This document shows, piece after piece, positions 9,412 to 20,083 of a DNA stretch of 64,000 nt. Each line of letters starts with the position of its first letter. The stretch's first letter is position 1. The position numbers were made by a program, and so were the translations under genes. Below the pieces are notes generated by a model that was not told the DNA's origin, searched no databases, and was given only the letters and a program-made list of their open reading frames with translations. Origin of the DNA: Actinomycetota bacterium (GTDB lineage Bacteria; Actinomycetota; Actinomycetes; S36-B12; UBA5976); NCBI GenBank assembly GCA_009885745.1, contig VFKC01000025.1, positions 88,415 to 152,414 of the forward strand. The letters run 5' to 3'.

Positions 9412-10200
9412 TTAATCTTTTGTTTTGCGTTTAAGTAGGGCTACAACATCTGACATTCGCTTATCAAAACCCCATCGCGTGACGCGCAATAACGCTTCTT
9501 TCACGATGTCCTGACTCATCTTTGACTCACCCAATGTTCGTTCAACAAAAACGATTGGGACCTCAACAATTCGTAAGCCAGACTTTGTCGCGCGCCAAGA
9601 CAGATCAACCTGAAAGCAATAACCTTGGCTTTCTACATCATCAAGCCCCATCTGTTCTAGAGCCGATAATCGGTACGCCCTAAATCCGCCAGTTGCATCC
9701 TTCATGGTCATGCCTAGCCAAAGTCTGGTGTAAAGGTTTCCCCCACGAGAGAGGATTTCGCGAGTCAGTGGCCAGTTGACCACTTCCCCACCCTTAACCC
9801 AACGCGATCCCAGGCTTACATCGGAATCTACAAGCGCACTAAGTAATCTAGGCAGGTCAACTGGGCGATGAGAGCCGTCGGCATCCATTTCGACAACTAC
9901 GTCATATCCAGATTCCTTCGCCCAAGCAAAACCTGCAAGGTATGCAGCCCCTAAGCCATTCTTTTGAGTTCGATGCATAACCTGGATTTGCGAACCTTCT
10001 TTTGCTAATTCATCAGCTACTAGACCAGTGCCATCTGGCGAATTATCATCAGCTATCAGGATGTCAACACTTGGCGCAAACTCGCGCACGCCCGCACAGA
10101 TAATCTTTATGTTTTCGCATTCGTTGTAAGTAGGAATGATTACGACAATACGTCCTAAAGACTCGATAGCCTTGCTACTTGCGACCGAATCACTCTGCAT
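9412..10200 (-). CDS. ppm1: Polyprenol-monophosphomannose synthase (GT2, Ppm1 catalytic domain)
   Basis: IPTYNECENI...DDNSPDGT...EMDADGSH is the GT2 DxD-type signature. Synteny with lnt and rbpA supports the call. Confidence 0.85.
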   Translation of the reverse strand: MQSDSVASSKAIESLGRIVVIIPTYNECENIKIICAGVREFAPSVDILIADDNSPDGTGLVADELAKEGSQIQVMHRTQKNGLGAAYLAGFAWAKESGYDVVVEMDADGSHRPVDLPRLLSALVDSDVSLGSRWVKGGEVVNWPLTREILSRGGNLYTRLWLGMTMKDATGGFRAYRLSALEQMGLDDVESQGYCFQVDLSWRATKSGLRIVEVPIVFVERTLGESKMSQDIVKEALLRVTRWGFDKRMSDVVALLKRKTKD

Positions 10201-10209
10201 CTGACCAGT

Positions 10210-11703
10210 CTATTGCGACGCTTGTTGTGCTCGATATCGGATACGCAACATTGTGATAACTCCTACAATGCCAAACCAGAGGTATCCGATTAAGAACAGG
10301 AATGTCACTGCATTTGGGTAACGATCCGTGAAATTGACAGCAGAATTCAAATCAACATCGCCGATTAGATACTTAGCTTGACCTTCCTGTGTAATCTCCT
10401 GAATCTCACCATTTGGGTCAATGATTCCCGAGAAACCAGTCGTGCTAGCAACCGCGGTGCTGCGACTGTGTTCTATTGCCCGAAACCTAGCAATCGAGAA
10501 CTGTTGTTGGGCTTGTCCCCTATGAATGTAGGTTGCATTATTGGTCTGCACCGTGAATAAGTTGGCACCTTCATTAATGAGAGTACGTAGATGATTTTGA
10601 TAAGCAATCTCAAAACAAATTACATCTCCGAACTTAAAGTTCTGCAAATCAAAGACCCCTGAAGTGTTACCAGGCACAAAGTCAGTGGGAATCTGGTTTA
10701 GTCTGCCAACACGACTTGTGACAAATTTGCGGAATGGGATGTACTCACCAAAAGGTACTAATTGCTTTTTTGCATAAATGCCTTTAACACCTGTTCTAGG
10801 TAGCCAGAGCAATCCGGCATTGCGTGGACCGGATGGATTTGACTGCCAAGTCACTCCCCCAATAAGTGTGGGAGTCTGCACCACATTAACTACTGCTTGT
10901 ATCTGCTCTCTAGCCATCGAGTTGTTAACCGGATCAAGATCAGTTGCGTTCTCAGGCCAAATAACGAGTTCAGGTTTCTGTTGCAAACCTGAATCCACAT
11001 CCCGAGCCAATTTGGTTGTAATGCGCAAATGGTTTGCTAGAACCCGTCGCTGCTGGGTTTTTAAGTCAGCTGAATCAGTCGGGACACTTCCTTGAATAAC
11101 TGCGATTCGTGTTGTGCTGGTTGACTCATTGACCGCAAAGCGGCCTATAGTTGCCAACATTGCGATGAAAGCAATACAAAGAATAGCTTTTGTAACGTCA
11201 CCTCGAATCGAGATCTGCCAAAGAGCGATGGCGCAAAGAACTACAGCGCAGCTTACGAGCGCCTGTCCCCCCAGTCTGCTTATCCATACCAACGGACCAT
11301 CAACTTGCGAGTACGCCAGCAGACCCCAGGGAAACCCATTCCAAGGCAAGTTGCTTCGCAGCCATTCGATCCCGAAAACAAAGGCCATAGGGATGAAAAA
11401 TTTACCCCAGCCACTTATGGGAAGCGAGCACCAAATAATTAAAAGCCAAGGCAGAATACAAACTATTACCAGCAGTATCCAAGCATCAAACCCGAGGGAA
11501 ACCATCCAAAAAACGTGTATACCAAACCACAGAACTAAAACGATGGTTGTTGTAAAAAATTTCTCGCGGATGTTTTGACTGTTTAACTGGTAAAAGAATC
11601 CCGCCAGGGCAATAATCGGTAAAAACCAAAAACCTGATTGGAACCCTACTGCCAGCAAAATTCCGATGAGGATAGACAGTGTTACTGAGCGCAATTTATC
11701 CAT
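10210..11703 (-). CDS. lnt: Apolipoprotein N-acyltransferase (Lnt / Ppm2-like), separate from Ppm1
   Basis: Multi-TM N-terminus followed by a C-N hydrolase domain (VIWPENA...CFEIAY). The start is taken at MDKLRS (11703) to limit overlap with the upstream gene; the track start is 11736. Confidence 0.8.
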   Translation of the reverse strand: MDKLRSVTLSILIGILLAVGFQSGFWFLPIIALAGFFYQLNSQNIREKFFTTTIVLVLWFGIHVFWMVSLGFDAWILLVIVCILPWLLIIWCSLPISGWGKFFIPMAFVFGIEWLRSNLPWNGFPWGLLAYSQVDGPLVWISRLGGQALVSCAVVLCAIALWQISIRGDVTKAILCIAFIAMLATIGRFAVNESTSTTRIAVIQGSVPTDSADLKTQQRRVLANHLRITTKLARDVDSGLQQKPELVIWPENATDLDPVNNSMAREQIQAVVNVVQTPTLIGGVTWQSNPSGPRNAGLLWLPRTGVKGIYAKKQLVPFGEYIPFRKFVTSRVGRLNQIPTDFVPGNTSGVFDLQNFKFGDVICFEIAYQNHLRTLINEGANLFTVQTNNATYIHRGQAQQQFSIARFRAIEHSRSTAVASTTGFSGIIDPNGEIQEITQEGQAKYLIGDVDLNSAVNFTDRYPNAVTFLFLIGYLWFGIVGVITMLRIRYRAQQASQ

Positions 11704-13282
11704 CAGGCCATAAACCGTTCGGGTCGAATATTGCATGACCTGAAAGCACCGTCAGAACCGCAGATGGCAAGTCACTCGAGAGGTTTGGCAAAGCTGGCAT
11801 TCCTGAACGCGCATCAGTTGACCAAGATGCAACAACTTCGTTATCTTCATCTGGCTCGAAAGATTGCACATTCCAGACCGTGAAATGTGCTGGCGCACCT
11901 AGCGCAATTACGCCTGATTCGTCATCATGTACCGCGCGCCATCCGCCACGGGTATGAGCAACAAAAGCTGCCCGCATACTAAGTCGCTGAGAGGGATTTG
12001 GATGTGTGGTGGCTGCCTTTAATGTTTGCCATGGATTCATCGCGGTTACTGGACTATCAGTGCCAAATGCTAGAACGATTCCCATATTTAGTGCTTCAAA
12101 AAAAGGATTTGTCGCTTGAGCCCTTTGCCTTCCTAAATTTTGTTCATACATTCCATTTTCGTGACCCCACAAGTGCGTGAAGTTAGGTTGCATACTCAGG
12201 ATTACTCCTGCATTTGCGAAAACTTTTAAGCTCTCGGCTGATGCCATTAACGCGTGCTCTACTCGGTGGCGTAGTGTCCGAACAGCGACGATGCCGCATT
12301 CTGCGATTGCCTGCGCAATTCCAGTCGAAACCATATCGATGGCCCGGTCCCCTATTGCATGAAATCCAGCCTGTATACCTGCAGTAGTGCAATCAACCAG
12401 ATGTCGAGAGATTTGATCCTGACTCAGATATTCACTGCCCTTGGAATCAGTGCCTTCATAAGGACTGGAAATAAGCGCAGTTTGCGACCCAATCGAACCA
12501 TCAATACACAAATCGCCAGCTGAACCGTAAGCGCCGATAGATTTCACCCGATCAAGATCTTGATCTGCCCAGTACGAAAAGATTCTGGGCACATCATTGC
12601 GTTGAGCAACCTTATTCACCGAGAGAAAATCTTGTTCGCCGCTGACGCTTGGACCACCGTTTTCATGGACCGAAACAATGCCGTTCGCGCTGGCTTGTTT
12701 CAGGGCAAATTCAATGGCATCGCTGCGTTGTTGAGAAGAGAGATGACGAAGCACAAACTCGCGAACTTGCGCATGACTAGATTTATGTACGAGGCCGGCT
12801 ATCTCATTTGCAGGCACTTGAACACTTTCCAACAGATATGTTGAACACATTGCGGAATGCAAATCCACCCTGGAAAGATACGCAAATCTGCGCCCAACAA
12901 TTTGGTCAATTGCATTCTGTGTGAAAAGTCCCTTATCTAACCAATTTGTATCATCCCAACCGTGTGCGTAAACAACTTCGGGATTGTTTTTTTGAACAAA
13001 ATCCCTAAGCGTTGTCAGGGCTTGGGTGGCACTTCCAGAATCGCGCAGATTACATTCTGAATACAGCAAACCGGTGGCACTTAGGTGTACGTGCGCGTCT
13101 ACAAAACCCGGTGCAATAAATGCATCCTCAAAATCTAAGACATAATCCACATCTGCAACAAAGGCAGTGGACGAAATACGATCACCTATCCAGGCAAAGT
13201 GGTTTCCATCAATAACCGCACTAGTAGCGTCAGGATTTCCTGGTGCGTAAATACTTCCACCATGGATAAGGATTTTAGTCAT
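11696..13282 (-). CDS. Amidohydrolase-family metallohydrolase (YtcJ/Amidohydro_3-like)
   Basis: PGFVDAHVHL (HxH metal motif), 528 aa, TIM-barrel amidohydrolase pattern. Confidence 0.75.
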   Translation of the reverse strand: MTKILIHGGSIYAPGNPDATSAVIDGNHFAWIGDRISSTAFVADVDYVLDFEDAFIAPGFVDAHVHLSATGLLYSECNLRDSGSATQALTTLRDFVQKNNPEVVYAHGWDDTNWLDKGLFTQNAIDQIVGRRFAYLSRVDLHSAMCSTYLLESVQVPANEIAGLVHKSSHAQVREFVLRHLSSQQRSDAIEFALKQASANGIVSVHENGGPSVSGEQDFLSVNKVAQRNDVPRIFSYWADQDLDRVKSIGAYGSAGDLCIDGSIGSQTALISSPYEGTDSKGSEYLSQDQISRHLVDCTTAGIQAGFHAIGDRAIDMVSTGIAQAIAECGIVAVRTLRHRVEHALMASAESLKVFANAGVILSMQPNFTHLWGHENGMYEQNLGRQRAQATNPFFEALNMGIVLAFGTDSPVTAMNPWQTLKAATTHPNPSQRLSMRAAFVAHTRGGWRAVHDDESGVIALGAPAHFTVWNVQSFEPDEDNEVVASWSTDARSGMPALPNLSSDLPSAVLTVLSGHAIFDPNGLWPDG

Positions 13283-13287
13283 GGTAA

Positions 13288-14388
13288 CTAGAGGATTACC
13301 AAATCATGTGAAGTGTTATTGGCGCTCTTTACTTGCCCATCTTCGCAGGTGACTATGTCCTCAATGCGAGCGCCATAGAGACCAGGAATGTAAAAGCCAG
13401 GTTCGATTGAAAAGGCAAACCCGCTGCGCACTACCTCTTGGTTGCCCTGCACAATGTACGGGTTCTCATGGGTATCCATTCCAATACCATGACCAGTTCG
13501 GTGGATAAAGAATTCTCCCAAACCATTTGCGCTAAGGTAATCGCGAGCAGCGGAGTCAATAGACGCACAAGTTACGCCGATGGCGGCCTGTTCAAACGCT
13601 AGCTGTTGAGCGACCTTTAAGATTTCGTATTTTTCTAGGAAATCTGCTGGTGGTTGACCACACACATACATTCGAGTGGAATCGCTACAGTACCCCGAGG
13701 GCATAGTGCCACCAATGTCGACAACGATTGGGTCCCCTAAACCGATGACACGATCTGATAATTCATGATGCGGACTAGCGCCATTTGGACCACTTGCGAC
13801 AATAACAAAGTCCACGGTTACATGACCTTCTTGAATTATCGCCGCAGCAATGTCACGACCTACTTCGCGTTCGGTTCGACCCGGCTTTAACCACTTTTCC
13901 ATCGACGAGTGCACTCGATCAATGGCATGGCCGGCCTCATGTAGCGCATCAATTTCAAATGATGACTTAACTAATCTCAAATCTGATAACAATTCATTTG
14001 CTAATTCAAGCTCGACTCCAAAGGCATTTCCTAAAAATTTTGCCTTTTCCAGCCACATCAAATTATTTGCAATCGGCGCTTTGATTTGACCGATTTCACT
14101 TGCGAGTAACTCGTATGGATTCTGAGTCTCTTCCCAGTCAAGTAATTGAACTGGAATGTCGGCAACCCCACTGGCCATAGCTGCTGGCAGTTCAAGTTTT
14201 GGCACAATCAACCAAGATCTACCTTCGGCATTCACGGCTAGGCAGGTTAGGCGCTCAAGTGGCAGTGCGTCATATCCAATTAAGTACCTAAGGTCAGCAC
14301 CTGGCGAGACGAGCAGCAAATCCTTGCCAGCCATAGTGAGTGCACCAGCCACTTTGCTGATGCGTGTGACAAAATCGGACTTATTCAT
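13288..14388 (-). CDS. M24-family Xaa-Pro dipeptidase/aminopeptidase (PepE-like)
   Basis: HRTGHGIGMDTHE and FSIEPGFY metal-ligand motifs, with DIGG upstream. Confidence 0.85.
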   Translation of the reverse strand: MNKSDFVTRISKVAGALTMAGKDLLLVSPGADLRYLIGYDALPLERLTCLAVNAEGRSWLIVPKLELPAAMASGVADIPVQLLDWEETQNPYELLASEIGQIKAPIANNLMWLEKAKFLGNAFGVELELANELLSDLRLVKSSFEIDALHEAGHAIDRVHSSMEKWLKPGRTEREVGRDIAAAIIQEGHVTVDFVIVASGPNGASPHHELSDRVIGLGDPIVVDIGGTMPSGYCSDSTRMYVCGQPPADFLEKYEILKVAQQLAFEQAAIGVTCASIDSAARDYLSANGLGEFFIHRTGHGIGMDTHENPYIVQGNQEVVRSGFAFSIEPGFYIPGLYGARIEDIVTCEDGQVKSANNTSHDLVIL

Positions 14389-14399
14389 AGTTACCTTTC

Positions 14400-15329
14400 T
14401 TAAGTCTCAAGTGCAAGTGCAACAGCCTTGAGAAGGCGGCTAACTTGACGTTCTATTCCCCAGCGCTCAATTATATGTTGAATCATGTCCTGATCTCTGG
14501 GTCTCGTTGGCATTAAAAGACTATTAGGCAGATTAGCATCTTGGCGAAGGCTGACAACTTGCTTGGCTCTTGCCAGATAATCGGTGCTCGCCGAAAGGTT
14601 ACGTCGAACGCTTGGGGCCATGGGCATGCTCTCGTTAGAAAGCGAACTTAACATCATTTGAATTGAACCGAATTGATTTACCAAGTTAGCCGCGGTCTTC
14701 TCGCCAATTCCTTTGACACCAGGCAGACCATCAGAAGGGTCACCACGAAGAACCGAGAAATCAACATACTCACTCCCGGTAATTCCATACTTGGCACGCA
14801 GAGCAGAATCATCAAAGATCTCAAGATTCTTTAAGCCCTTGGTAATGGAAAGTACCCTTCTTTTTCTCTGGTCACTTACCAACTGCAGAAGGTCACGATC
14901 ACCAGTAACAATGTCCGCTGGCATGTCATACTGCGCAACTAGCGAACCCAAGATGTCGTCTGCTTCAAAACCATGTTCGCCTATTCTGGGTAAACCAATC
15001 GCGTCTAATATTTGGGCTATTGCAGCAATTTGTTCACTTAATGTGTCAGGTACTTCTTCGAGTGAATCCCCGGTCTCATCAACGCCAGCGACACGATGAG
15101 CTTTGTAAGTATTCAGTAGGTCAACCCGCCAAAGCGGGCGCCAGTCGTCATCCCAGGCAAAGACAACAAGCGATGCTGGATACTGCTCGACCAAAGTTGA
15201 GGCCATATCTAAGAAACCGCGAAGCGCTCCTGATGGTGTCCCATCTGGGGCAACAACTGACTCAGGTACTGCGTAATAGGCGCGATAGTACAAAGTGGCA
15301 GTATCGAAATAAAGCCCCTTGGCTACCAT
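14400..15329 (-). CDS. 5'-3' exonuclease (FEN / Pol I N-terminal domain-like)
   Basis: FAWDD...TGDRDLLQL...LPGVKGIGEKTAANL (H3TH). Confidence 0.85.
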   Translation of the reverse strand: MVAKGLYFDTATLYYRAYYAVPESVVAPDGTPSGALRGFLDMASTLVEQYPASLVVFAWDDDWRPLWRVDLLNTYKAHRVAGVDETGDSLEEVPDTLSEQIAAIAQILDAIGLPRIGEHGFEADDILGSLVAQYDMPADIVTGDRDLLQLVSDQRKRRVLSITKGLKNLEIFDDSALRAKYGITGSEYVDFSVLRGDPSDGLPGVKGIGEKTAANLVNQFGSIQMMLSSLSNESMPMAPSVRRNLSASTDYLARAKQVVSLRQDANLPNSLLMPTRPRDQDMIQHIIERWGIERQVSRLLKAVALALET

Positions 15330-18022
15330 GCGACGATTCCCCTGTCGATCTGGTCCAATGCCTTGCGAGCTGATGATGCAATTTCTGGGGTTTCGGTCGC
15401 CATGGCAATCTGGCTGAGTAAATCAATAACCTGTTTTGTCCAACGCACAAAGTCACCTGGCTGTAAATCACTGTTTTTTAGAACTCGGGCGACATCTTGA
15501 CCTCTAGCCCACTTTGAAGTTGGCCAGATGAACCCGGGATCCATCTCGCGCAAATGATCAACACGATTTTGACTTTCTACATCTTTTAGCGAGCCCCATA
15601 GCCCGGCCATCTCATAAAGTGCGTCACCTAAATTACCTTCAGGAATGCGGGCAGGTTCACCATCATTGTCACGACGTGATTCAAAAACCAGTGTGCTCAC
15701 TGCGCTTGCTAGCTGATCGGGCTCGAGTCCTTCCCAAATGCCAGCCGTTAAACATTCAGCAACAAGAAGATCTAGCTCGCAATAGATTCGACCAAGCACT
15801 GCACCGCTTGCTGTGACTTCATGGCCGCCTTCAATTTTGGCTAGATAGCCCAGGCTTGTTAGTACTGCACAAATACGGTCAAAATCTCTAGCGATCGAAC
15901 TCGTACGCTGCTCGACTTTTGTTTCCAAACGCGCAATGTCCCGCTGAGTTGAACTAACCCGCTCAAACCATCGAACGTGCGCTTCTCGATCATTACAACC
16001 GTGACACACATGAGCGCGCAACGCCTTACGAAGACGCGCGATTTCTATATCAGTTCGATTTTCTGAGCGTTTCTCGACATCAATTTTAGGAGTTTTGCGA
16101 GCAAGTTGTTCTATTTGATCACTAAGCCAGTTTCTGGTTTTCACAGAACGAGAGTCAAACGTTGGTGGCAGGTTAACACGTCCGATGAATCGGCCATCAT
16201 CGTCAAGATCTTCTTGACCAATACGTTTGACTTGTTTGCTCGTTGACATGACTCTTGGTCGAGGATCGTCTATGTCGCGCGCGGTATCAATGACTACGTA
16301 TGGGACATGAGAACGTCTGCCATTACCAACAACAAAAACATCGCCGCGGCCAAGTTCATTTAGGAAAATAACAGCACGGTTTCGTCGCTCTCGAACATTG
16401 TCTCGGGCTGTGTCCTTTTCTAGGAAAGAAAGTTGACGCCGCAGTTCCATATAGTCTGCAAAATTTCCTAAATGACAAGTCATTGCATCTTGATAACCAG
16501 TTAGGGCATCCTCGGTGTGCCGCAGCTGAGTCGCTAATCCCACAACACCACGATCAGCCTGGAATTGCGCGAACGATGACTCAAGTAATTCGCGAGCTCG
16601 ATGTGTTCCAAAGGAGCCGATCAGATTGATGGCCATATTGTATGAAGGTCTGAAACTTGATTTCAGTGGATATGTTCTGGTGCTAGCCAAACCTGCCAAG
16701 GCATTTGGGTCCAAATCAGCATGCCAGACAACGATTGCGTGTCCTTGAGAATCGATACCTCGGCGACCAGCGCGCCCGGTCAGCTGGGTGTACTCCCCCG
16801 GGGTAACTGGGGCATGCGCGGTTCCATTCCACTTAGTGAGTTTTTCCAGAACGACCGATCGCGCTGGCATGTTTATCCCGAGCGCCAAGGTTTCGGTCGC
16901 AAAGACCATCTTGATAAATCCTTGTTGATATAGCTCCTCCACTACCTGTTTGAAGGCTGGGAGCATTCCGGCATGATGTGAGGCAAGTCCCCTTTCTAAG
17001 GCGTCTCGCCATGGACCAAAACCTAAAACGCGTAGCTCTTCACTCGTTGCATCAGGAAATTTCTGATCAACAATGCCGCGAATGAGTAACTGCTCTTGTG
17101 GTGAGGTTAAAGTAAGCCCCGCATTTAGGCACTGTGAAACGGCATCATTACACGCGGCTCTTGAGAAAATAAAAGTGATTCCTGGTAACAGATCCTGATC
17201 TTGCAACTCAAGAATCACATTCATGCGCGAGGGAGTTAAGCGACTTTGGAAACGTCCACGGCGTCCACCACTGTAGCGCTGGTTTTGTCGCTCATTATGG
17301 GCATACCGCGCAAGTTCAGGATTTACCGTGAGTTCTGGACCAGACACAAACAAGTCAAGTAACTCATCGCCAACCATTACATGTTGCTGGAGTGGGGTTG
17401 GCCGAATTTCTTCGACAACAACTTGGGTTTCGCCGCGTACAGTTCTGAGCCAATCACCAAATTCTTCCGCATTACTCACTGTTGCTGACAGTGCTACGAC
17501 TGACACAGACTGGGGCAGGTGAATGATTACCTCTTCCCAAACAGCACCGCGATTTCGGTCCGCCAGGTAGTGCACCTCGTCCATCACAACATGTGTTAAG
17601 CCAGTTATTGCCGATGTGCCTTCGTAAAGCATGTTTCGTAGAACCTCGGTAGTCATGACAACTATCGGAGCATCACCGTTGATGTTGTTGTCGCCGGTAA
17701 GCAGGCCAACATTTTCAGCGCCGTAAATTTGGGCAAATTCAGCAAACTTTTGATTTGATAGGGCTTTTATTGGGGTTGTGTAGAAACATCTCGACTGTTG
17801 GCTTAGCGCTGTGTAGACCGCGAATTGACCGACAACCGTCTTACCTGCACTAGTTGGCGCTGCAACTAAAACACCTTGACCGCTGGCAATTGCACGACAA
17901 CCCTCGAGTTGGAATGGATCCATTTCAAAGGGTAAGGATTCCTTAAAACTTCCTAAGAATGACTTACTCTCACTAGAGCGCGCTTTGGCTGCCGCAAAAC
18001 GCTCAGCAGGAGAAGTTGTCAT
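15323..18022 (-). CDS. helY: Ski2-like DEVH-box RNA helicase HelY
   Basis: Walker A APTSAGKT, DEVH box, about 900 aa. It is positioned next to tatC, as in mycobacteria. Confidence 0.9.
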   Translation of the reverse strand: MTTSPAERFAAAKARSSESKSFLGSFKESLPFEMDPFQLEGCRAIASGQGVLVAAPTSAGKTVVGQFAVYTALSQQSRCFYTTPIKALSNQKFAEFAQIYGAENVGLLTGDNNINGDAPIVVMTTEVLRNMLYEGTSAITGLTHVVMDEVHYLADRNRGAVWEEVIIHLPQSVSVVALSATVSNAEEFGDWLRTVRGETQVVVEEIRPTPLQQHVMVGDELLDLFVSGPELTVNPELARYAHNERQNQRYSGGRRGRFQSRLTPSRMNVILELQDQDLLPGITFIFSRAACNDAVSQCLNAGLTLTSPQEQLLIRGIVDQKFPDATSEELRVLGFGPWRDALERGLASHHAGMLPAFKQVVEELYQQGFIKMVFATETLALGINMPARSVVLEKLTKWNGTAHAPVTPGEYTQLTGRAGRRGIDSQGHAIVVWHADLDPNALAGLASTRTYPLKSSFRPSYNMAINLIGSFGTHRARELLESSFAQFQADRGVVGLATQLRHTEDALTGYQDAMTCHLGNFADYMELRRQLSFLEKDTARDNVRERRNRAVIFLNELGRGDVFVVGNGRRSHVPYVVIDTARDIDDPRPRVMSTSKQVKRIGQEDLDDDGRFIGRVNLPPTFDSRSVKTRNWLSDQIEQLARKTPKIDVEKRSENRTDIEIARLRKALRAHVCHGCNDREAHVRWFERVSSTQRDIARLETKVEQRTSSIARDFDRICAVLTSLGYLAKIEGGHEVTASGAVLGRIYCELDLLVAECLTAGIWEGLEPDQLASAVSTLVFESRRDNDGEPARIPEGNLGDALYEMAGLWGSLKDVESQNRVDHLREMDPGFIWPTSKWARGQDVARVLKNSDLQPGDFVRWTKQVIDLLSQIAMATETPEIASSARKALDQIDRGIVAW

Positions 18023-18111
18023 GTATCTAGGTTACGTTGTACCTGCCAAACTAACCTGTCACACTCGCGTGGCATTAGAACTATCGTGCGTGAAATGCGA
18101 ATGAATGAAGA

Positions 18112-18921
18112 CTAAGTTACTGGGGATTGTTCGTTATCGTCCCATTGGTCGGTTCCTGCTCGCTGAGATTTACGCGCTTTGCTGCGATCGATCATTTGCG
18201 TGATTCCGATAGCAATTAGAGAAAGAACCATCATCGGGATAGCCACGAAGGTCATGCCCAGTGGATCACCACTCGGTGTGGCAACTGCACCAAAAATAAA
18301 GCTGCCCAAAATTATCCAACGCCAGGAACTCAAAAGTGTTCTGCTACTGAGAATTCCAACTACGTTGAGCATCACCAAAACCAAAGGAAGTAAAAAGCCA
18401 ATGCCAAAGAAAAGAGTTAAGTGAAAGAAAAAGCTTAAGTAACTGTCGACACTTGTTACATTGGAGACATCATTTGGAGTGAATGTGAACAACACCTCAA
18501 GCATTTTTGGCATTACGGCATAGGCCAAAGCTATTCCCGACACAAAGAGCGGAACCGCTACCAAAGTAAACGCGTATGCCCACTTGCGTTCATTGCGATG
18601 AAGTCCCGGGGAGATAAAGCGCCAAAGCTGATATAGCCAGACTGGACTGGACACTATTATTGCTACCGCAAGTGAGACTCGTAATTGAAGCGAGAAGCCG
18701 CTTGTTACCCCCGTGAGTGCCAAAATTGCATTTGGAAAAGTTTCAGTAACTTGCTCGAATGGCTTTCGAATTAGATCGAAAAAGAGTGGAAACTGATTCC
18801 AAACAGATACGGTTGCAAGCAGAACAGCCAAAGCGGATTTCACTAAGCGTGAGCGTAACTCTCTTAAATGCGCAGCTATAGTCATCCCTTGAACCTGCGC
18901 ATCCCGCGCCAACTGAGTCAT
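18112..18921 (-). CDS. tatC: Sec-independent protein translocase TatC
   Basis: HLRELRSRL N-terminus and a 6-TM TatC pattern. Confidence 0.9.
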   Translation of the reverse strand: MTQLARDAQVQGMTIAAHLRELRSRLVKSALAVLLATVSVWNQFPLFFDLIRKPFEQVTETFPNAILALTGVTSGFSLQLRVSLAVAIIVSSPVWLYQLWRFISPGLHRNERKWAYAFTLVAVPLFVSGIALAYAVMPKMLEVLFTFTPNDVSNVTSVDSYLSFFFHLTLFFGIGFLLPLVLVMLNVVGILSSRTLLSSWRWIILGSFIFGAVATPSGDPLGMTFVAIPMMVLSLIAIGITQMIDRSKARKSQRAGTDQWDDNEQSPVT

Positions 18922-18928
18922 CGACTAA

Positions 18929-19135
18929 TTAATTGGAGTCTTTATTTGAACTATCTGGGGATTCGCCTGGTGCAGCATCTTTTTTTTCGGAGTTTGGAGA
19001 ATCCATTTCTGACTTAAATATGCGGATGGAACGACCCAAACTACGGGCCGCGTCTGGCATCTTCTTTGCACCAAAAAGTACGATAACCAAAAGTAAAAGC
19101 AATAACCCGGCTGGTGATTCAAAAAGTGCTCGCAT
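18929..19135 (-). CDS. tatA: Sec-independent protein translocase TatA
   Basis: [31 protein letters not shown] is the TatA TM plus amphipathic helix. The overlapping 18925-19122 ORF was rejected. Confidence 0.85.
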   Translation of the reverse strand: MRALFESPAGLLLLLLVIVLFGAKKMPDAARSLGRSIRIFKSEMDSPNSEKKDAAPGESPDSSNKDSN

Positions 19136-19171
19136 ACTGACTCCCTCTAAGGCTCTTACCTAAGTATCGCA

Positions 19172-20083
19172 CTAATTTGCATTGGCTCGGTCCAGCCAAA
19201 TTTGACTGCGAAATGCAATGTTGGCACAAAGTTCCGCAGGCTCTAGTGCCTTTACAGCACCACCACTAGCAAGGATAAAGCCAGAAATCCAATCGATTGA
19301 GCCAACTTTAAGCACCAGCTTGACCGTGGCTTCTGATTGCGCTTGCTTGGAAACGACAAGGCTCGGATCGAATTCCTCTGCCATCTCAATAGTTGATAAC
19401 AGCGTTACTAGAATTGCATCCGGAGAATCAATCGTAGGAACTATCCCTTGGGTATTGGTTGAAGGCGCCTGGCTTATGTCCACATTTAGGATTCGGTCTA
19501 GGCGAAAAGTTCTACTGTCGGCCTTAAGTTGGCACCATGCCACCAGGTATGTGACATCTTCACGAGTCTCGAGATGGCTAGGCTCAACTATGCGCTTGGA
19601 GACATCGCCTGTCCCAGCTGAATATTCAATTTCTAGATTGGTTGAATTGTTTATTGCTTCATGAACCAAGCGCAGGATTTCCTCGTCTACCCCGCTACTT
19701 AAGATTTCAAGCGGCAGCCCGGTAAAACCTGCAAGCGGAGCGAGTTTGCCTATCAATCCATCTATAACTGGGTAAGAAACCGGATCAGATACAGAGCGGA
19801 GGTATTGCAAGCCAGTCAGGATGCTAGCGACCTGAACTCGATTGAAACGAACAGGTCTATTGAAATTATGCGCCTCGCGCACAAATATCACATCATCTTC
19901 GTAATCGATGTCGACCAACTGACCACCGTCTTGGCCAGGACCGGTAAGAGTCAGCATCTGTACCATGTCGCGAGCTTGACGGTTATTCAAGCCAAAAGCT
20001 TGCGCAAATTCTGACACTTCAACATCGGGGTGCGCGGCAAGCCACGGCAACATCGCAATGATTTTTTCCAACGGAACACTCAT
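19172..20083 (-). CDS. pafC: HTH/WYL-domain regulator PafC
   Basis: Second of two paralogous WYL-type regulators downstream of pafA. It has a 4-nt overlap with pafB. Confidence 0.8.
   Translation of the reverse strand: MSVPLEKIIAMLPWLAAHPDVEVSEFAQAFGLNNRQARDMVQMLTLTGPGQDGGQLVDIDYEDDVIFVREAHNFNRPVRFNRVQVASILTGLQYLRSVSDPVSYPVIDGLIGKLAPLAGFTGLPLEILSSGVDEEILRLVHEAINNSTNLEIEYSAGTGDVSKRIVEPSHLETREDVTYLVAWCQLKADSRTFRLDRILNVDISQAPSTNTQGIVPTIDSPDAILVTLLSTIEMAEEFDPSLVVSKQAQSEATVKLVLKVGSIDWISGFILASGGAVKALEPAELCANIAFRSQIWLDRANAN

Noticed and set aside
11114-11578. Other long antisense ORFs (11114-11578, 19218-19664, 37087-37515, 40534-40977, 5434-5868)
   Set aside because: Each lies fully antisense to a gene with clear family motifs (lnt, pafC, AKR, htpX, merR/riboswitch). 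None has a plausible start context or a recognisable domain.
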